Source: an uncultured bacterium (lineage in GTDB: Bacteria; Bipolaricaulota; Bipolaricaulia; RBG-16-55-9; DRJF01). Taken from it: a DNA stretch of 64,000 bases. Both the position numbers and the translations under genes were made by a program. Where the stretch lies: the NCBI GenBank assembly GCA_913053845.1, contig CAJXGD010000004.1:7117-71116 (forward strand). The letters are read 5' to 3'. Positions 20,057 through 31,402 of this stretch are shown in pieces (the stretch's first letter is position 1; each line of letters opens with the position of its first letter). A model generated the notes under the pieces. The model was not told the origin of the DNA. It did no database searches and saw only the letters and a program-made list of their open reading frames with translations.

Positions 20057-20610
20057 TGGCTGCCTACGATGCTCTACCGGATTGCTCCAACGCTTCGGCG
20101 CAGCCGTTCGCCTGGCGGCTGGGGTCTGGAGCCGGCGGACCCCTCGCTGAGTTGATTCGATTCCTCTTCTATCTGGCGATCGCCCTGCTGATCGCCTGGG
20201 CACTCTACACGCTCTTTCGCCGGCTGATAAGACGCCGCGCTTACGCTAAGCCTGAGCCGAGCACACCGAGCGTCTTCGCCCCGCGCCCCGCCACCGTTCC
20301 CGACCTGCTGAGCAGTGCCCAGGAACAGGCCGCTCAGGGGAACTATCGGCTGGCGCTACGCTCCCTCTACACCGCCTTGCTCGTTCATCTGGACCGCTTG
20401 GGGGCACTCGATTACCAGCCGACCCAGACCGATGAGGAGCACCTGCGCGCGCTGCAGAAACGGGGCATGCAAGCGCTCTACGCGCAGCTGCGCCCCATCG
20501 CCGAGCTGGTCGAGCGCCGCTGGTACGGCCTGGAAGCGACCACCGCCGAGGATTTTCAGCGGGCCAGCCAGATCGCTCAGCCCATCCTGGCCCAACACGA
20601 GGCACCATGA
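20056..20610 (+). CDS. DUF4129-domain membrane protein
   Basis: GNYRLALRSLY, QTDEEHL, ERRWYG; one TM segment. Confidence 0.8.
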   Translation: MAAYDALPDCSNASAQPFAWRLGSGAGGPLAELIRFLFYLAIALLIAWALYTLFRRLIRRRAYAKPEPSTPSVFAPRPATVPDLLSSAQEQAAQGNYRLALRSLYTALLVHLDRLGALDYQPTQTDEEHLRALQKRGMQALYAQLRPIAELVERRWYGLEATTAEDFQRASQIAQPILAQHEAP

Positions 20611-21169
20611 GATCTGCGCAATCTCAGGCGAAAGACCTTTGGGTCATCGCCCTGCTGCTTCTCTTCACTGTGGGAATAGCCTATTGGGCCTCGCTGCAGG
20701 GGCCGGCCTGTCTGCCGTCCAAGACGAGCCAACTCGGCCTGTGGGCCATCACCCCCTGGCCGGTCAAGCTGGCTGTCGTTCAGATGAGCTTGGCGCTGCT
20801 GTTGGCGATATTTACTCTCTCACGGCGCTTCATCGCTCCGGTCCCCTATCAGGGCGAAGGGGTGCGCCGGCGCGGTGAGTATCTCAGCTCGATGGCTCAG
20901 CTCTTCCAGCAGGCACAGGCCTCGCAGTTGGTGCTAGAGATCCTCTCAGCCCAGTTCAAACGAGATCTGGCCGCGCTCGTTGGGCTGGCCCCCGCAGCGA
21001 CACCACAAGCGCTGCGGCAGGCTATCGCCTCCCGAAGGCCGGAGTTGACTTCTCAGGTCGAAGCGATCCTTCGTCAGGCCGCGCAACTCGCCCCCCGACT
21101 GGATGAAGCGCGCCTGCTCCAGTTGGGCCGACAGATGGCCCAAACGCGTCGTGCCTGGAGCCGAATGAG

Positions 21170-21173
<4 letters not shown>
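20607..21173 (+). CDS. Short DUF4350-associated membrane protein (central domain apparently missing)
   Basis: RRFIAPVP...EYLSSMAQLF C-terminal motif; ATGA overlaps with both neighbours. Confidence 0.65.
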
Positions 21174-22113
<940 letters not shown>

Positions 22114-22117
<4 letters not shown>

Positions 22118-23460
22118 GCGCTGCACCCCGACCGCAGCCTGTGCGGCGCCTTTTCTTCTCGCTCAGGTTGGCTCTGCTCTTCGGCCTCGGAGGGATCTGG
22201 TTGACCCTAACGCCCCTGTGGGTCGGGTTCTTCTGGCTGGGCGTCTTCTACAACCTGGCGCTGGCCGCGCTCGGCGCGACCGACGCTTGGCTGCTGCGCG
22301 CCGCCGACCGGGTGAGCGCTCGGCGGGAGTTGGAGCTGCCCCTCTCGCTGGGCCGACCCAATCGGGTGGTGCTTGCGCTGACCCCTCACGGCGGCTTCCC
22401 GCTGCAGGCTGAGCTGCGCGACGAGTTCCCCCACGCCTTCAAGAGCGATGCCCGGCGGATGATTGCCAGCCTGAGCTCGGGTCAGACGACCGAGTGCATC
22501 TACCATTTGACCCCGTTGCAGCGGGGCAGCTATCGCTTCGGCGCGCTGGTGGTGCGCTTCACCGGCCGGCTGCGCCTCCTGGTGCTCCAACGGCGCTTCC
22601 CGCTGGAGACCCAGGTGAAGGTCTACCCCAATATTCTGGAGACCAAAAAGCACCGGCTGCTGGCTCAGCGTCACCAGTTAACTCAGATGGGCCTACGGCC
22701 GGTGCGGCGGCGCGGGACCGGCCTGGAGTTCGAGTCGCTGCGCCACTACGTCCCGGGTGATCCACCCAGCAAGCTGGACTGGAAGGCCTCCGCCCGCTGC
22801 CGCACGCTGATCAGCCGCCAATACCAACTGGAGCGCAACCAACGGTTGCTGATCCTGCTCGACAGCGGGCGCACCATGGCCAGCCGGGGGATGGGGCTCT
22901 CCAAGCTGGATTACGCCGTGAACGCGGCGATGCTGCTGGCCTATGTGGCGACGCAGCAGGAGGATCGGGTGGGGCTGATGACTTTTGCCGATGATGTCTT
23001 GAGCTATCTCGCGCCGGGTAAGGGGAGCGGCCAGCTAAAAGAGGTGATGGAGCTGCTCTACCGGCTGCAGCCTCGGCCGATCGAGTCGGACTACCGGCGC
23101 GCCTTCCTCACCGTGGCACAGCGGCTGCGCCAGCGCTCGCTGCTGGTCCTCTTCACCGACCTGATCGATCCCGACTCCTCCAAGCGGATCATCAGCCAGA
23201 TCACGCCGCTGCTGCGCAATCATTTGCTGCTCTGCGTGGCGCTCTCCGACTACGAGTGGGGAGACCTGATCCGGGCCGTCCCCCAGGAGAGCGGCGATCT
23301 CTATCGTCAGGCGGTGGCCATCTCCATCCTGGAGGACCGCAAGAAGGCCCTGGCCATGCTGGCAGCGCGCGGCGTGCTCACCCTGGATGCCGCACCGGCT
23401 GATCTCTCGGTGGCTACGATCAATCGCTATCTGAAAGTCAAGCGCGCGGCGCTGCTTTAG
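22114..23460 (+). CDS. DUF58-domain protein
   Basis: GLEFESLRHYVPGD...DWKASAR, LLDSGRTM, LFTDL. Confidence 0.92.
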
Positions 23461-24410
23461 GCTTGCTTCAGCGGCATGACGAAGAGGTAGAGCACCAGCG
23501 AGGAGCCGGCCCCGGCGGCGAAGAGCAGCTTGATCGGGGCAGGGGTCAGCGTCGGCGAGAAGAAGGCTTCAATCGTTCCGGCGACGATCAACATGGCGAC
23601 CACACCTCCCAGCAGCACTGCCGCCCGGCGCGCAGCCAGCTTGAGGGCGGTCTTGCGCGTATAGTCACCGGGGTTGATCAAGGTGTAACCCAACAGGAGT
23701 CCGGCCCCACCGGCGATGAAGATGGCTGGCAGCTCGATCACCCCATGCGGCGCGACGAAGCTCCAAAAGCTGAGGCTCACGCCTGCCCTGGCGACGGCGG
23801 CGGCGACCGCGCCGAGCATCAGCCCGTTGAAGATGAGCACATAGATCGTCCCCAGTCCCAGGAGGATCCCCCCGGCGAAGGCAAAGAAGGCTACACCGAT
23901 GTTATTGGTCATGATGCCGGCCGAGGCACTGGGGCGCATGGAGAAGGGCAGCCAGTCCTGCGGCGTCTGGCTGCGGGCGACGATCCTCCCGATCGCCTGT
24001 TCAAATCCGGAAGGCAGGATAGCGCCGACCAGATGAGGATTGAACCAGATCAACAAGAAGGCCAAGGCGCCGGTCACGAGAGAGAGGGCCGTCGCCCCGG
24101 CGATGAAGGGCCAGAGCGCCCGCACCGCCTGGGGAAAGTCGCACAGGAAGAAGCGAGGAATAGCCGTAAAGCCATGCTTCTCCGCCTGATAAATGTGGCC
24201 ATAGGCGCGACCGACCAGCCGGTTGAGATCGGTGTTAGCCCGGGGATCTAGCCCATGGGCGCGCGCATAGGACAGTTCCGAGCTCGCGCGCCGGTAGAGC
24301 CGGCCCAGCTCCAGGAGCTCTTCGGCGCTGAGGACGCGCAGTCCCCGGCGGTCGATCCGATCCAGGATACCGGCCAGTTTACGCCATTGGCCTGCTTGGC
24401 TGGTTTTCAT
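23457..24410 (-). CDS. SpoIIM (DUF95)-family membrane protein
   Basis: IMTNNIGVAF, FNGLMLG, PHGVIELPAI, IEAFFSP. Confidence 0.9.
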   Translation of the reverse strand: MKTSQAGQWRKLAGILDRIDRRGLRVLSAEELLELGRLYRRASSELSYARAHGLDPRANTDLNRLVGRAYGHIYQAEKHGFTAIPRFFLCDFPQAVRALWPFIAGATALSLVTGALAFLLIWFNPHLVGAILPSGFEQAIGRIVARSQTPQDWLPFSMRPSASAGIMTNNIGVAFFAFAGGILLGLGTIYVLIFNGLMLGAVAAAVARAGVSLSFWSFVAPHGVIELPAIFIAGGAGLLLGYTLINPGDYTRKTALKLAARRAAVLLGGVVAMLIVAGTIEAFFSPTLTPAPIKLLFAAGAGSSLVLYLFVMPLKQA

Positions 24411-24476
24411 GGCTTGCTCCAGTAGATCGCTTGAATTATAACTGAAATGAGCCGGTGACCCAAAGAGAGGAGCTTT

Positions 24477-25280
24477 ATGACGGAATCGATTCGCATCCTG
24501 ACGCCGGAGCAGGTGGAACTCGACTACGAAGTGGCGGGGATCGGCTCGCGCTTTGTGGCCGGTCTGCTGGACGGTCTGATCCAGGCAGGCCTGCTCTTGG
24601 CCGGCTATCTCGTGGCGCTGCTCTTCGGGATACGCACCCTCTTCTCCGGCGGCTCGCTGACGTTCACGCTGGGATCTTCGGTAGCCATGGCGCTGTTGAT
24701 CCTTTATGTCTTCGTGGTCTTCTGGGGTTATTTCCTTTATTTTGAGACGCGCTGGAGCGGGCAGACGCCGGGCAAGCGCGCGGTGGGCCTGCGGGTCATC
24801 CGTGACGGCGGGCAGCCGATTGACCTACAGGCGGCCTTCATCCGCAACGTGGTGCGCTTGGTGGACCTGCTGCCGGGCTTCTATGGGATCGGCTTCATCA
24901 CCATGTTCATCAGCCCACACTGGAAGCGACTGGGCGATCATGCGGCCGGCACGATCGTCATCAAGGAGCGCAAGCGCCCACTCGCGGCGTTTAGTCCACC
25001 GGAGGCGACCGGCAAGCCCTGGGCGGTGAGCGATTTCACCCTGCTAGATGACCGGATGCTCGGTCAGGTTGCCAGGCTGAAGCGCGAAGACTATCAAGCT
25101 ATCCAGCGCTTCTTCGCCCGGCGCTCCCAACTGGATCACTGGACTGCGAGTCGTCTGGCACAAGAGCTGGCCACACCGCTGGCGGCCAGATTGGGCATAG
25201 GATCAGTTGAGGACGAGCGGAGCTCCGAGCAGTTGCTAAGTGAAGTCGCGCGGGCTTATGAGCGCCTGCACGGGAGCTAG
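24477..25280 (+). CDS. RDD-family membrane protein
   Basis: TPEQVELDYEVAGIGSRFVAGLLD, GQTPGKR, KRLGDHAAGT. Confidence 0.92.
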   Translation: MTESIRILTPEQVELDYEVAGIGSRFVAGLLDGLIQAGLLLAGYLVALLFGIRTLFSGGSLTFTLGSSVAMALLILYVFVVFWGYFLYFETRWSGQTPGKRAVGLRVIRDGGQPIDLQAAFIRNVVRLVDLLPGFYGIGFITMFISPHWKRLGDHAAGTIVIKERKRPLAAFSPPEATGKPWAVSDFTLLDDRMLGQVARLKREDYQAIQRFFARRSQLDHWTASRLAQELATPLAARLGIGSVEDERSSEQLLSEVARAYERLHGS

Positions 25281-25954
25281 CCGATCACCCCATCGTGCAG
25301 CTCGATCACCCGCTCGACCTGGTTCAGGAGCCGCGGGTCATGCGAGGCAAACAGGAAAGTCACCCCGCGCTCGTGATTTAAGCGGCGCAACAGGTCCATC
25401 AGCTTTTGCCCGCTCTCCGAGTCCAGATTGGCGGTGGGCTCATCGGCCAGCACCAGCGCTGGCCGGGCGGCCACCGCCCGAGCCACCGCCACCCGCTGCT
25501 GCTCACCGCCGGAGAGCTTGTTCGGAAAACGATCGGCATACTCGGCGATCTCCAGAATGCTCAAGAGCTCTAGCGCTCTGTCTCGGCGCTGCCCCTCAGG
25601 AACGCCTTGCAGCTCCATCACGAACTCGGTGTTCTCCAAGGCCGTCAGCACCGGGATCAAGTTATAGGCCTGAAAGACAAAGCCAATGCGCCGCAGGCGC
25701 AGCCGGGCCAGTTGATCGGGCGTCAGGCCCCCCAGAGCTTGCTGCTCGATCCAGACTTGGCCGGAGGTCGGCCGGAGCAGGCCGCCGATCAGGTGCAGCA
25801 GCGTGGACTTGCCCGATCCCGAAGGTCCGGCCAGCGCGGCGAACTCCCCGGCGCGGATTTTCAAATTCACACCGCGCACGGCAGGGGTCTCGATGCCATC
25901 GGCGACGTAGCTCTTGCTCAAGCGCTCGGTGCGTACTACCAACTCGTTGGTCAT
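25277..25954 (-). CDS. ABC exporter ATP-binding protein (LolD/MacB-like)
   Basis: [36 protein letters not shown]; start at ATG 25954. Confidence 0.93.
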   Translation of the reverse strand: MTNELVVRTERLSKSYVADGIETPAVRGVNLKIRAGEFAALAGPSGSGKSTLLHLIGGLLRPTSGQVWIEQQALGGLTPDQLARLRLRRIGFVFQAYNLIPVLTALENTEFVMELQGVPEGQRRDRALELLSILEIAEYADRFPNKLSGGEQQRVAVARAVAARPALVLADEPTANLDSESGQKLMDLLRRLNHERGVTFLFASHDPRLLNQVERVIELHDGVIG

Positions 25955-25991
25955 CTTATATCTATTTTCTCCATTGACATTGTTTTTCCTT

Positions 25992-26021
25992 TGTAGGGGC
26001 GCATGGCCATACGCCCCTACA
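25992..26021. repeat. GTAG-type REP-like palindrome
   Basis: tgtaggggcg-catggccata-cgcccctaca. Confidence 0.7.
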
Positions 26022-26025
26022 GTTT

Positions 26026-27267
26026 TCATCCGGCAAAATGCATCGCCTCCACCGGTTCCAATCTCGCCGCCCGCCAACCCGGATAGGCCGCGGCTGTCAG
26101 CGCCAGCACGAACATCAGCCCTGCCGACAGAGCAGCCTCGGCCGGCGAGATGCTCAGATAGAAGATATTATTCAGCCCAATAGAAACGAATTCGGCGTAG
26201 AAGCCCGGCAAGCGGAAACCCAGGCTGCCCCAGCCCACCAGCGCCAGTCCCAGCGCCGAGCCTAGCAGCGCTCCCAGGCCGGCCAGCAGCACCGCTTCGA
26301 CCTCGATCCAGCCCAGCACCCGGCGGCGCGAGCTGCCCAAGGCCAAGACCACCCCCAGCTCGCGCGTGCGCTCCAGCACCGATAGATAGAGCGTATTTAG
26401 CACCACCAGGCCACCCAGCAAGAAGAAGATCAGGCTAAAAGCCAGATAGAGCGGCTGGATTATCTTGAATAGCCCCACAGTTGCCGGGGCCAGCTCCGCC
26501 CAGGTCTCGACCAGATAATCGGGGCCCAGTTTCGCTTGCAGGCTCCGAGCTTCCCGCTCGATCCGTGATTGGTCCCAAGGCCCCGAGATATCTTTTAATA
26601 AGACGACCACCGAGCTGGCCGCCTGGGGATTATGGACCAAGCTGCGCGCGTCGGCCAGCGGCAGCTCTATAATAGAGCGGGAGAGCTGCGGCGAGGGCGG
26701 CGCGAGGCTTCCCACCACTTTGGGGATCAGCACACCGGTACCAGTACGCAGGCTGGCGCTGAGCAGGATGACCGACTGGCCCACTTTAAGATGCAGCGCC
26801 TTCAGCAAGTTACTGCCTGCCAGGGCGACTTTGCGATCACCGGCCTTCAGCGGGCGGCCCGTCCGCACCCATTTATCCAGCGCGCTGAGCTGACCGGCCT
26901 TGCCCGGCCGGACCCCGCGCAGCAGCACGCCGCGCGAGCGGTCACCGTGGGCGGCCAGCGCCGGCAGGTCCAGGCGCACGGCGAATCTCTCTATTGCCGG
27001 ATCCTGAGCGATGATCTGCAAAACGGGCGTCACATTTTGAATCAGGGGCAGGCCGGTCTGCAACTGGCGATAGTCGGCCCGGTGAACCTGCAAGTGTCCC
27101 GTCTCCAACTGGGTGGTGCTCTCGAAGAGATTGCGCTGGACGGCATTAGAGAATCCCCACATCAAGTCCAAGATCAGCACCGGCAGGAGCACCGCCAAGA
27201 GCGTCAGGACAGAGCGACGCCGGTTGCGGCTCAGGTTGCGCCAGGCCAGCCTCAGGGAGAACCGCAT
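26026..27267 (-). CDS. FtsX/MacB-family ABC permease
   Basis: LAWRNLSRNRRRS, SVLERTRELG, AARLEPVEAM. Confidence 0.92.
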   Translation of the reverse strand: MRFSLRLAWRNLSRNRRRSVLTLLAVLLPVLILDLMWGFSNAVQRNLFESTTQLETGHLQVHRADYRQLQTGLPLIQNVTPVLQIIAQDPAIERFAVRLDLPALAAHGDRSRGVLLRGVRPGKAGQLSALDKWVRTGRPLKAGDRKVALAGSNLLKALHLKVGQSVILLSASLRTGTGVLIPKVVGSLAPPSPQLSRSIIELPLADARSLVHNPQAASSVVVLLKDISGPWDQSRIEREARSLQAKLGPDYLVETWAELAPATVGLFKIIQPLYLAFSLIFFLLGGLVVLNTLYLSVLERTRELGVVLALGSSRRRVLGWIEVEAVLLAGLGALLGSALGLALVGWGSLGFRLPGFYAEFVSIGLNNIFYLSISPAEAALSAGLMFVLALTAAAYPGWRAARLEPVEAMHFAG

Positions 27268-28031
27268 TGGGAGTCGTCCGCCAAGCAGGCCAAGCTGAAG
27301 CGCTCCGGCGGGATCGCTATATCCAGCTCGAAGGAGGGGTCCACCGTGCTCTCGGAATAGTTGCCCTGATGCAACAGGTCGTTGGAGATGGTCTTGGTGG
27401 GGATAACCCGCCCGCCGCGCACGACGAAATCTGAGAAGCTGGTCTCGCGGATCAGGCTGTTGCGCTGATCGTAGGTGTCCATCAGCAGCACGGCGCAGTT
27501 GCTATCCAGCAGGTCCAGCTCCAGTCGCCCGTAGACCACTGGCGCCTCCGGCTTGGGCGTGAGCACCAGATGGTCAATCAGTCGGCCTGATTTATCCTTG
27601 CGGCTGCCGGCCAGCTTGACCGTGTACTGCTCGCTCAGCGTGCCGCGATAGAGGTCTTCTAGATTGAGGTCGGAGCCCAGGAAGGCCTGGCTCAGCGAGG
27701 CGCTGGGCAGGGGAACGGCCTGACCGGCCGCCGGGCTATAATACCAGAGTTGGTCACCCTTGAGCAGGTAGCCGCTGCCTGCCTCAGCAGCGGGCGCGAG
27801 CAGCCGAATCATCACCTGTTTGTTCTCCTGAGCGCTCCAGACTTCCATCCGAAACTCTTTGGAGAAGTCGGCGCGAAATACCTTCAGATCTTCGCTGCCG
27901 TGGTAGGAGCTTGTCACCCAATTATGGCGGGCGCAGGCCAAGAGATCTGCCCCGCTGCGGGGCTCCCCGGCTGAGGCAGCCCAGGGGAGCATTAACAGCA
28001 GCAGCAATGTGAGCGCATAAAATCTAGACAT
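27252..28031 (-). CDS. Outer-membrane lipoprotein-sorting (LolA-like) protein
   Basis: Signal peptide; LWYYSP...FLGSDLNLEDL motif; sits between two FtsX permeases. Confidence 0.82.
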   Translation of the reverse strand: MSRFYALTLLLLLMLPWAASAGEPRSGADLLACARHNWVTSSYHGSEDLKVFRADFSKEFRMEVWSAQENKQVMIRLLAPAAEAGSGYLLKGDQLWYYSPAAGQAVPLPSASLSQAFLGSDLNLEDLYRGTLSEQYTVKLAGSRKDKSGRLIDHLVLTPKPEAPVVYGRLELDLLDSNCAVLLMDTYDQRNSLIRETSFSDFVVRGGRVIPTKTISNDLLHQGNYSESTVDPSFELDIAIPPERFSLACLADDSQCGSP

Positions 28032-29229
28032 AGCGCATCGCCTCCGTAGGTTCGAGTTGGGCCGCGCGCCGGGCGGGCAGGCGGGCAGCGAGCAGGGCGG
28101 TCAGCACCACGGCGATAAAGGCATAGATACCGTGCCAGACTGAGACCATGCTGTAGAGTACATGGGGCATGCCCAGGTCGGGAAAGGCCTGGGAGTAGGC
28201 GCTCAGATCGAAGCCTACCCGCGCCAGATAGGCGTTGAGGCCATAGCCCAGCAGCGCTCCCAGCAAGAAACCCAGTCCGGAGGTGAAGAGCGCCTCCAGG
28301 CCGATCAGCCGCTTCAGTTGACCGGGACGCAGTCCCAGGGCCAGCATGATCCCCAGCTCGCGGGTGCGCTCCAGCACGGTGGCGGTGATGGTGTTGGCCA
28401 CGCCGAAGCTGGCCAGGAGCGCCAGCAGGAACATGGTGGGCCAGCCCTCGAAGCGACTGGCCTTGGATACGGCGCTGAGCAGCGGATTGAGCTCCATGAA
28501 GGTCGAGACTTTTATCCCTGGCCCCAGTAGCGCCTGCAGCCGAGCTTGCAGTCTGGCAGGATGCTGAACGGCCAGGGCCAGCTCTGAAGCTCCCTGGACT
28601 TCGGTGAGTGCCCTGGCATCTTGCAGATGAATGAATACTGTGTAGCGATCCAACCGCGGCAGGCCGGTGGAGAGCAGGCCCACCAAGCGCAGCCCCAAAG
28701 AATGTGGTCTGGTCAGCCCTTGGACCTGGAGCACTGCCCGCTCGCCCAGGCGCAGGTTGAGCTGCTGAGCCAGCGGGCGGCCCATGACGATCTGGCCGGG
28801 CCGGGTGAGAAACCGGCCGGCTATTAGGCTTTTTGACAGAATAGTCGTCCGGCTTTCCAGCTCCGGATCAAAGCCGCGAATCTCTACCCCGGTGCTGCCA
28901 TAAGCGCTCTGGATCAGGCCCTCGGCCAGCAAGCGAGGAGAGAAAGCTTGAATTCCAGAGATCTTTTTTAATCGGGCTTGCAACGCCGCCAACTGGTCAG
29001 CGGGAAAAGTCAGTTTGAGATCGGGATCAGCCAGATAGCCGACCCGGTGGAGTTGCAGACCACCGGTATCCAGAGAGACCTGAGCCCGGACCATGGAGCT
29101 CACAAAACCGTCTTCCATCCCCCAGAGCACGATGATCGCCCAAGTGCCCAAAGCCACAATGGCCACCATCAGGGCCGTGCGGCGACGGCTGCGTCGCAAG
29201 TTACGCCAAGCTAAGCGGGCCAATAGCAT
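28024..29229 (-). CDS. FtsX/MacB-family ABC permease
   Basis: LAWRNLRRSRRRT, VLERTRELG, LEPTEAMR. Confidence 0.92.
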   Translation of the reverse strand: MLLARLAWRNLRRSRRRTALMVAIVALGTWAIIVLWGMEDGFVSSMVRAQVSLDTGGLQLHRVGYLADPDLKLTFPADQLAALQARLKKISGIQAFSPRLLAEGLIQSAYGSTGVEIRGFDPELESRTTILSKSLIAGRFLTRPGQIVMGRPLAQQLNLRLGERAVLQVQGLTRPHSLGLRLVGLLSTGLPRLDRYTVFIHLQDARALTEVQGASELALAVQHPARLQARLQALLGPGIKVSTFMELNPLLSAVSKASRFEGWPTMFLLALLASFGVANTITATVLERTRELGIMLALGLRPGQLKRLIGLEALFTSGLGFLLGALLGYGLNAYLARVGFDLSAYSQAFPDLGMPHVLYSMVSVWHGIYAFIAVVLTALLAARLPARRAAQLEPTEAMRYV

Positions 29230-29231
29230 GA

Positions 29232-30362
29232 TTACTCACCTGAACTTATCTGTTTAGCGCTCTTCAGTCCGCTGCCGGTGAGCGGCAGCAGGACCGGCTC
29301 GTCGGCGGGCAATGATTCCCGCAAGCGCTGCCAGCCGGCCAGCGCCGCCGCCGAGGTCGGCTCAACGTAGAGCCCTTGATGAGCCAGCTCCTGCTGTGCC
29401 CGATAGATCTCTTCCTCGGAGACGGTCACGACTTGGCCGCCCGTCCGGCGCAACGCTCTCACGACCTGCTCCAGGCGCACCGGGCTACGCATGGCAATGC
29501 CTTCGGCGATGGTGGGCCCGGTGCTCTGCCGCTCTTGCTCTACTATCTGGGTCGGTGAATGTTCCGCAAAAGCTGCCCAGAGCGGCGCGCAGCGCTCGGC
29601 CTGCACCGCGACCAGCCGCGGCAACCGCCGGATCAGGCCGGCCTCTTTTAGCTCACAGAGGCCCAGATAGCTGCCATAGAGAAAGGTGCCCTGTCCGACG
29701 GGATAGATCAGCCACTCTGGCAATTTTTCGCCGAGCTGCTCCCAGAGCTCATAGACGAAGGTCTTGAGGCCGGCCAGCGCCCAAGGGCTGTAGACGTGCG
29801 AGGCGTAGTAAGCTTTTGTCTCGCCGGCCAACTGCCGGGCCCGCTCGCCGGCCTGCTCGCGCGGGCCGGGGACGCGAATCGTCCGTGCCCCATAAACCTC
29901 AATTTGGCGCAGCTTGGCCGGTGAGGTATAGGCCGGGACGCATATCTGGGCCTCGATTCCGGCGCGGGCGGCGTAGGCGGCCAGGCTGGCCGCGGCGTTG
30001 CCGGAAGAGTCTTCGACAACTTGGCCAACACCTAAGGCGCGCAAGGCGCTTACCAACACGCTGGTGCCGCGATCCTTGAACGAGCCAGACGGCGCCAGGA
30101 ACTCCAGCTTGAGCTGCAGCGGGCGACCGGCCAACTCGAGCGAGACGATGGGCGTCCAGCCCTCACCCAGTGAGACCGGCTCGGCCCCTTCCGGTAGGGG
30201 CAGCAGCTTCCGGTAGCGCCAGAGGCTGAACTCCCCTCGCTCGATGACTGCCGTTTGAAAAACCGTACGCTCGGCCGGCTCTAGCAAGCCACCGCACTCA
30301 CAGCACCAGCGACCGCTATCGTTGGCGTAGTGCTGCCCGCAGCTCGCGCATAGGAAAGCCAT
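29232..30362 (-). CDS. Threonine synthase-like PLP enzyme with N-terminal Zn ribbon
   Basis: CASC...CECGG, SLGEGWTP, PSGSFKDRG, DSSGNAA, VEPTSA, LTGSGLK; start at ATG 30362. Confidence 0.88.
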   Translation of the reverse strand: MAFLCASCGQHYANDSGRWCCECGGLLEPAERTVFQTAVIERGEFSLWRYRKLLPLPEGAEPVSLGEGWTPIVSLELAGRPLQLKLEFLAPSGSFKDRGTSVLVSALRALGVGQVVEDSSGNAAASLAAYAARAGIEAQICVPAYTSPAKLRQIEVYGARTIRVPGPREQAGERARQLAGETKAYYASHVYSPWALAGLKTFVYELWEQLGEKLPEWLIYPVGQGTFLYGSYLGLCELKEAGLIRRLPRLVAVQAERCAPLWAAFAEHSPTQIVEQERQSTGPTIAEGIAMRSPVRLEQVVRALRRTGGQVVTVSEEEIYRAQQELAHQGLYVEPTSAAALAGWQRLRESLPADEPVLLPLTGSGLKSAKQISSGE

Positions 30363-30367
30363 CGGCT

Positions 30368-30583
30368 TCAGACGCTGCCGCTGAGCACGCCCGCGACCAG
30401 CAGCGCCGCGGCGACCAGGTCGCCGGCACCGGCCAAGGCCATCCAGAGCAACTCGCGCTCGGAGTACTGGACATTCTCGCGCGGGAAGGCCAGTCCCAGT
30501 ACCCCAAAGAGAAAGAAGACCAGCCCAATCCCTCCGAAGGCCACAGTGGCCAATAAAAATATGATGCGGATGATTTCGATCAC
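30368..30583 (-). CDS. Small two-TM membrane protein
   Basis: Two hydrophobic helices; GTGA coupling to the upstream gene. Confidence 0.65.
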   Translation of the reverse strand: MIEIIRIIFLLATVAFGGIGLVFFLFGVLGLAFPRENVQYSERELLWMALAGAGDLVAAALLVAGVLSGSV

Positions 30584-31158
30584 CTACCGCCGGGTGGCAG
30601 ATAGAATTTGCCTTGCTTTTCCGCCTGTCCGCGTCGCAGCAGCTCGTGGGCCGCACCGGTGAGCTGACGCCAGGCCACTTCCAACTCCTCTCCCAGTTGC
30701 ACCAGGGTGATGCCCTCAGGATGAGCGACTATCACCTGTTGCATCGCCTCCAGACGCTGCTCGAACTCCAACTCCGGTTCTGGTCGTGAGGGGTGCTCCG
30801 CCGCTGTCTCCTCCATCGGCTCAGGAGATGGCTCACGGCGGCGGGCTTCGGCCAGTTCGGCGGCTCCCCGCCGGCGCGCTCGCCAGAGCAACAGAGCCGG
30901 CAGCAGGCTGAGGGCCGCCGCCGCGATGAACCAACTGCCGGTGATGGGTTGGAAGGGCAAGAAAGCGGCCGCAAGTTGCAGCAAGAAGGCCAAGAAGAGC
31001 AGGCTGAGCGCCGAGCGGGCCAGTGAGCTCATCTCCGCCGGAGAATAGATCCTGTATGAAGGCACCCGGCGCACCTGGGCCAGCAGCAACCAGATCACCC
31101 CCACCTCCAAGATCAGCCCCGCGAAGAAGACGACGGCATTAAGCGTCCAGAGACTCAT
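30580..31158 (-). CDS. Membrane protein with C-terminal winged-helix-like domain
   Basis: Three TM segments, then HPEGITLVQLGEELEVAWRQL...AEKQGKFY; start at ATG 31158. Confidence 0.65.
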   Translation of the reverse strand: MSLWTLNAVVFFAGLILEVGVIWLLLAQVRRVPSYRIYSPAEMSSLARSALSLLFLAFLLQLAAAFLPFQPITGSWFIAAAALSLLPALLLWRARRRGAAELAEARRREPSPEPMEETAAEHPSRPEPELEFEQRLEAMQQVIVAHPEGITLVQLGEELEVAWRQLTGAAHELLRRGQAEKQGKFYLPPGGR

Positions 31159-31402
31159 CGAGCTTACCTGCCCCCCTCTGACGAGATTTGCTCCATCCCG
31201 TATGGATGATAAGGTCATCGCCCCTACAATGCAAAAATTGTAGAGCATCACCGGCCTCGGAGGCAAATCGTCGGGCCGCCGCCAAAATATTGGCAGCACT
31301 GGACCTAGAGCGTTACAATGATATCTGATTTGGCAGCGAAGCATTGGCGGGTGAAAACCAAACGGTGTGTTGTTAGACCCAGGGTGAATGCTTCGCCCCT
31401 CC

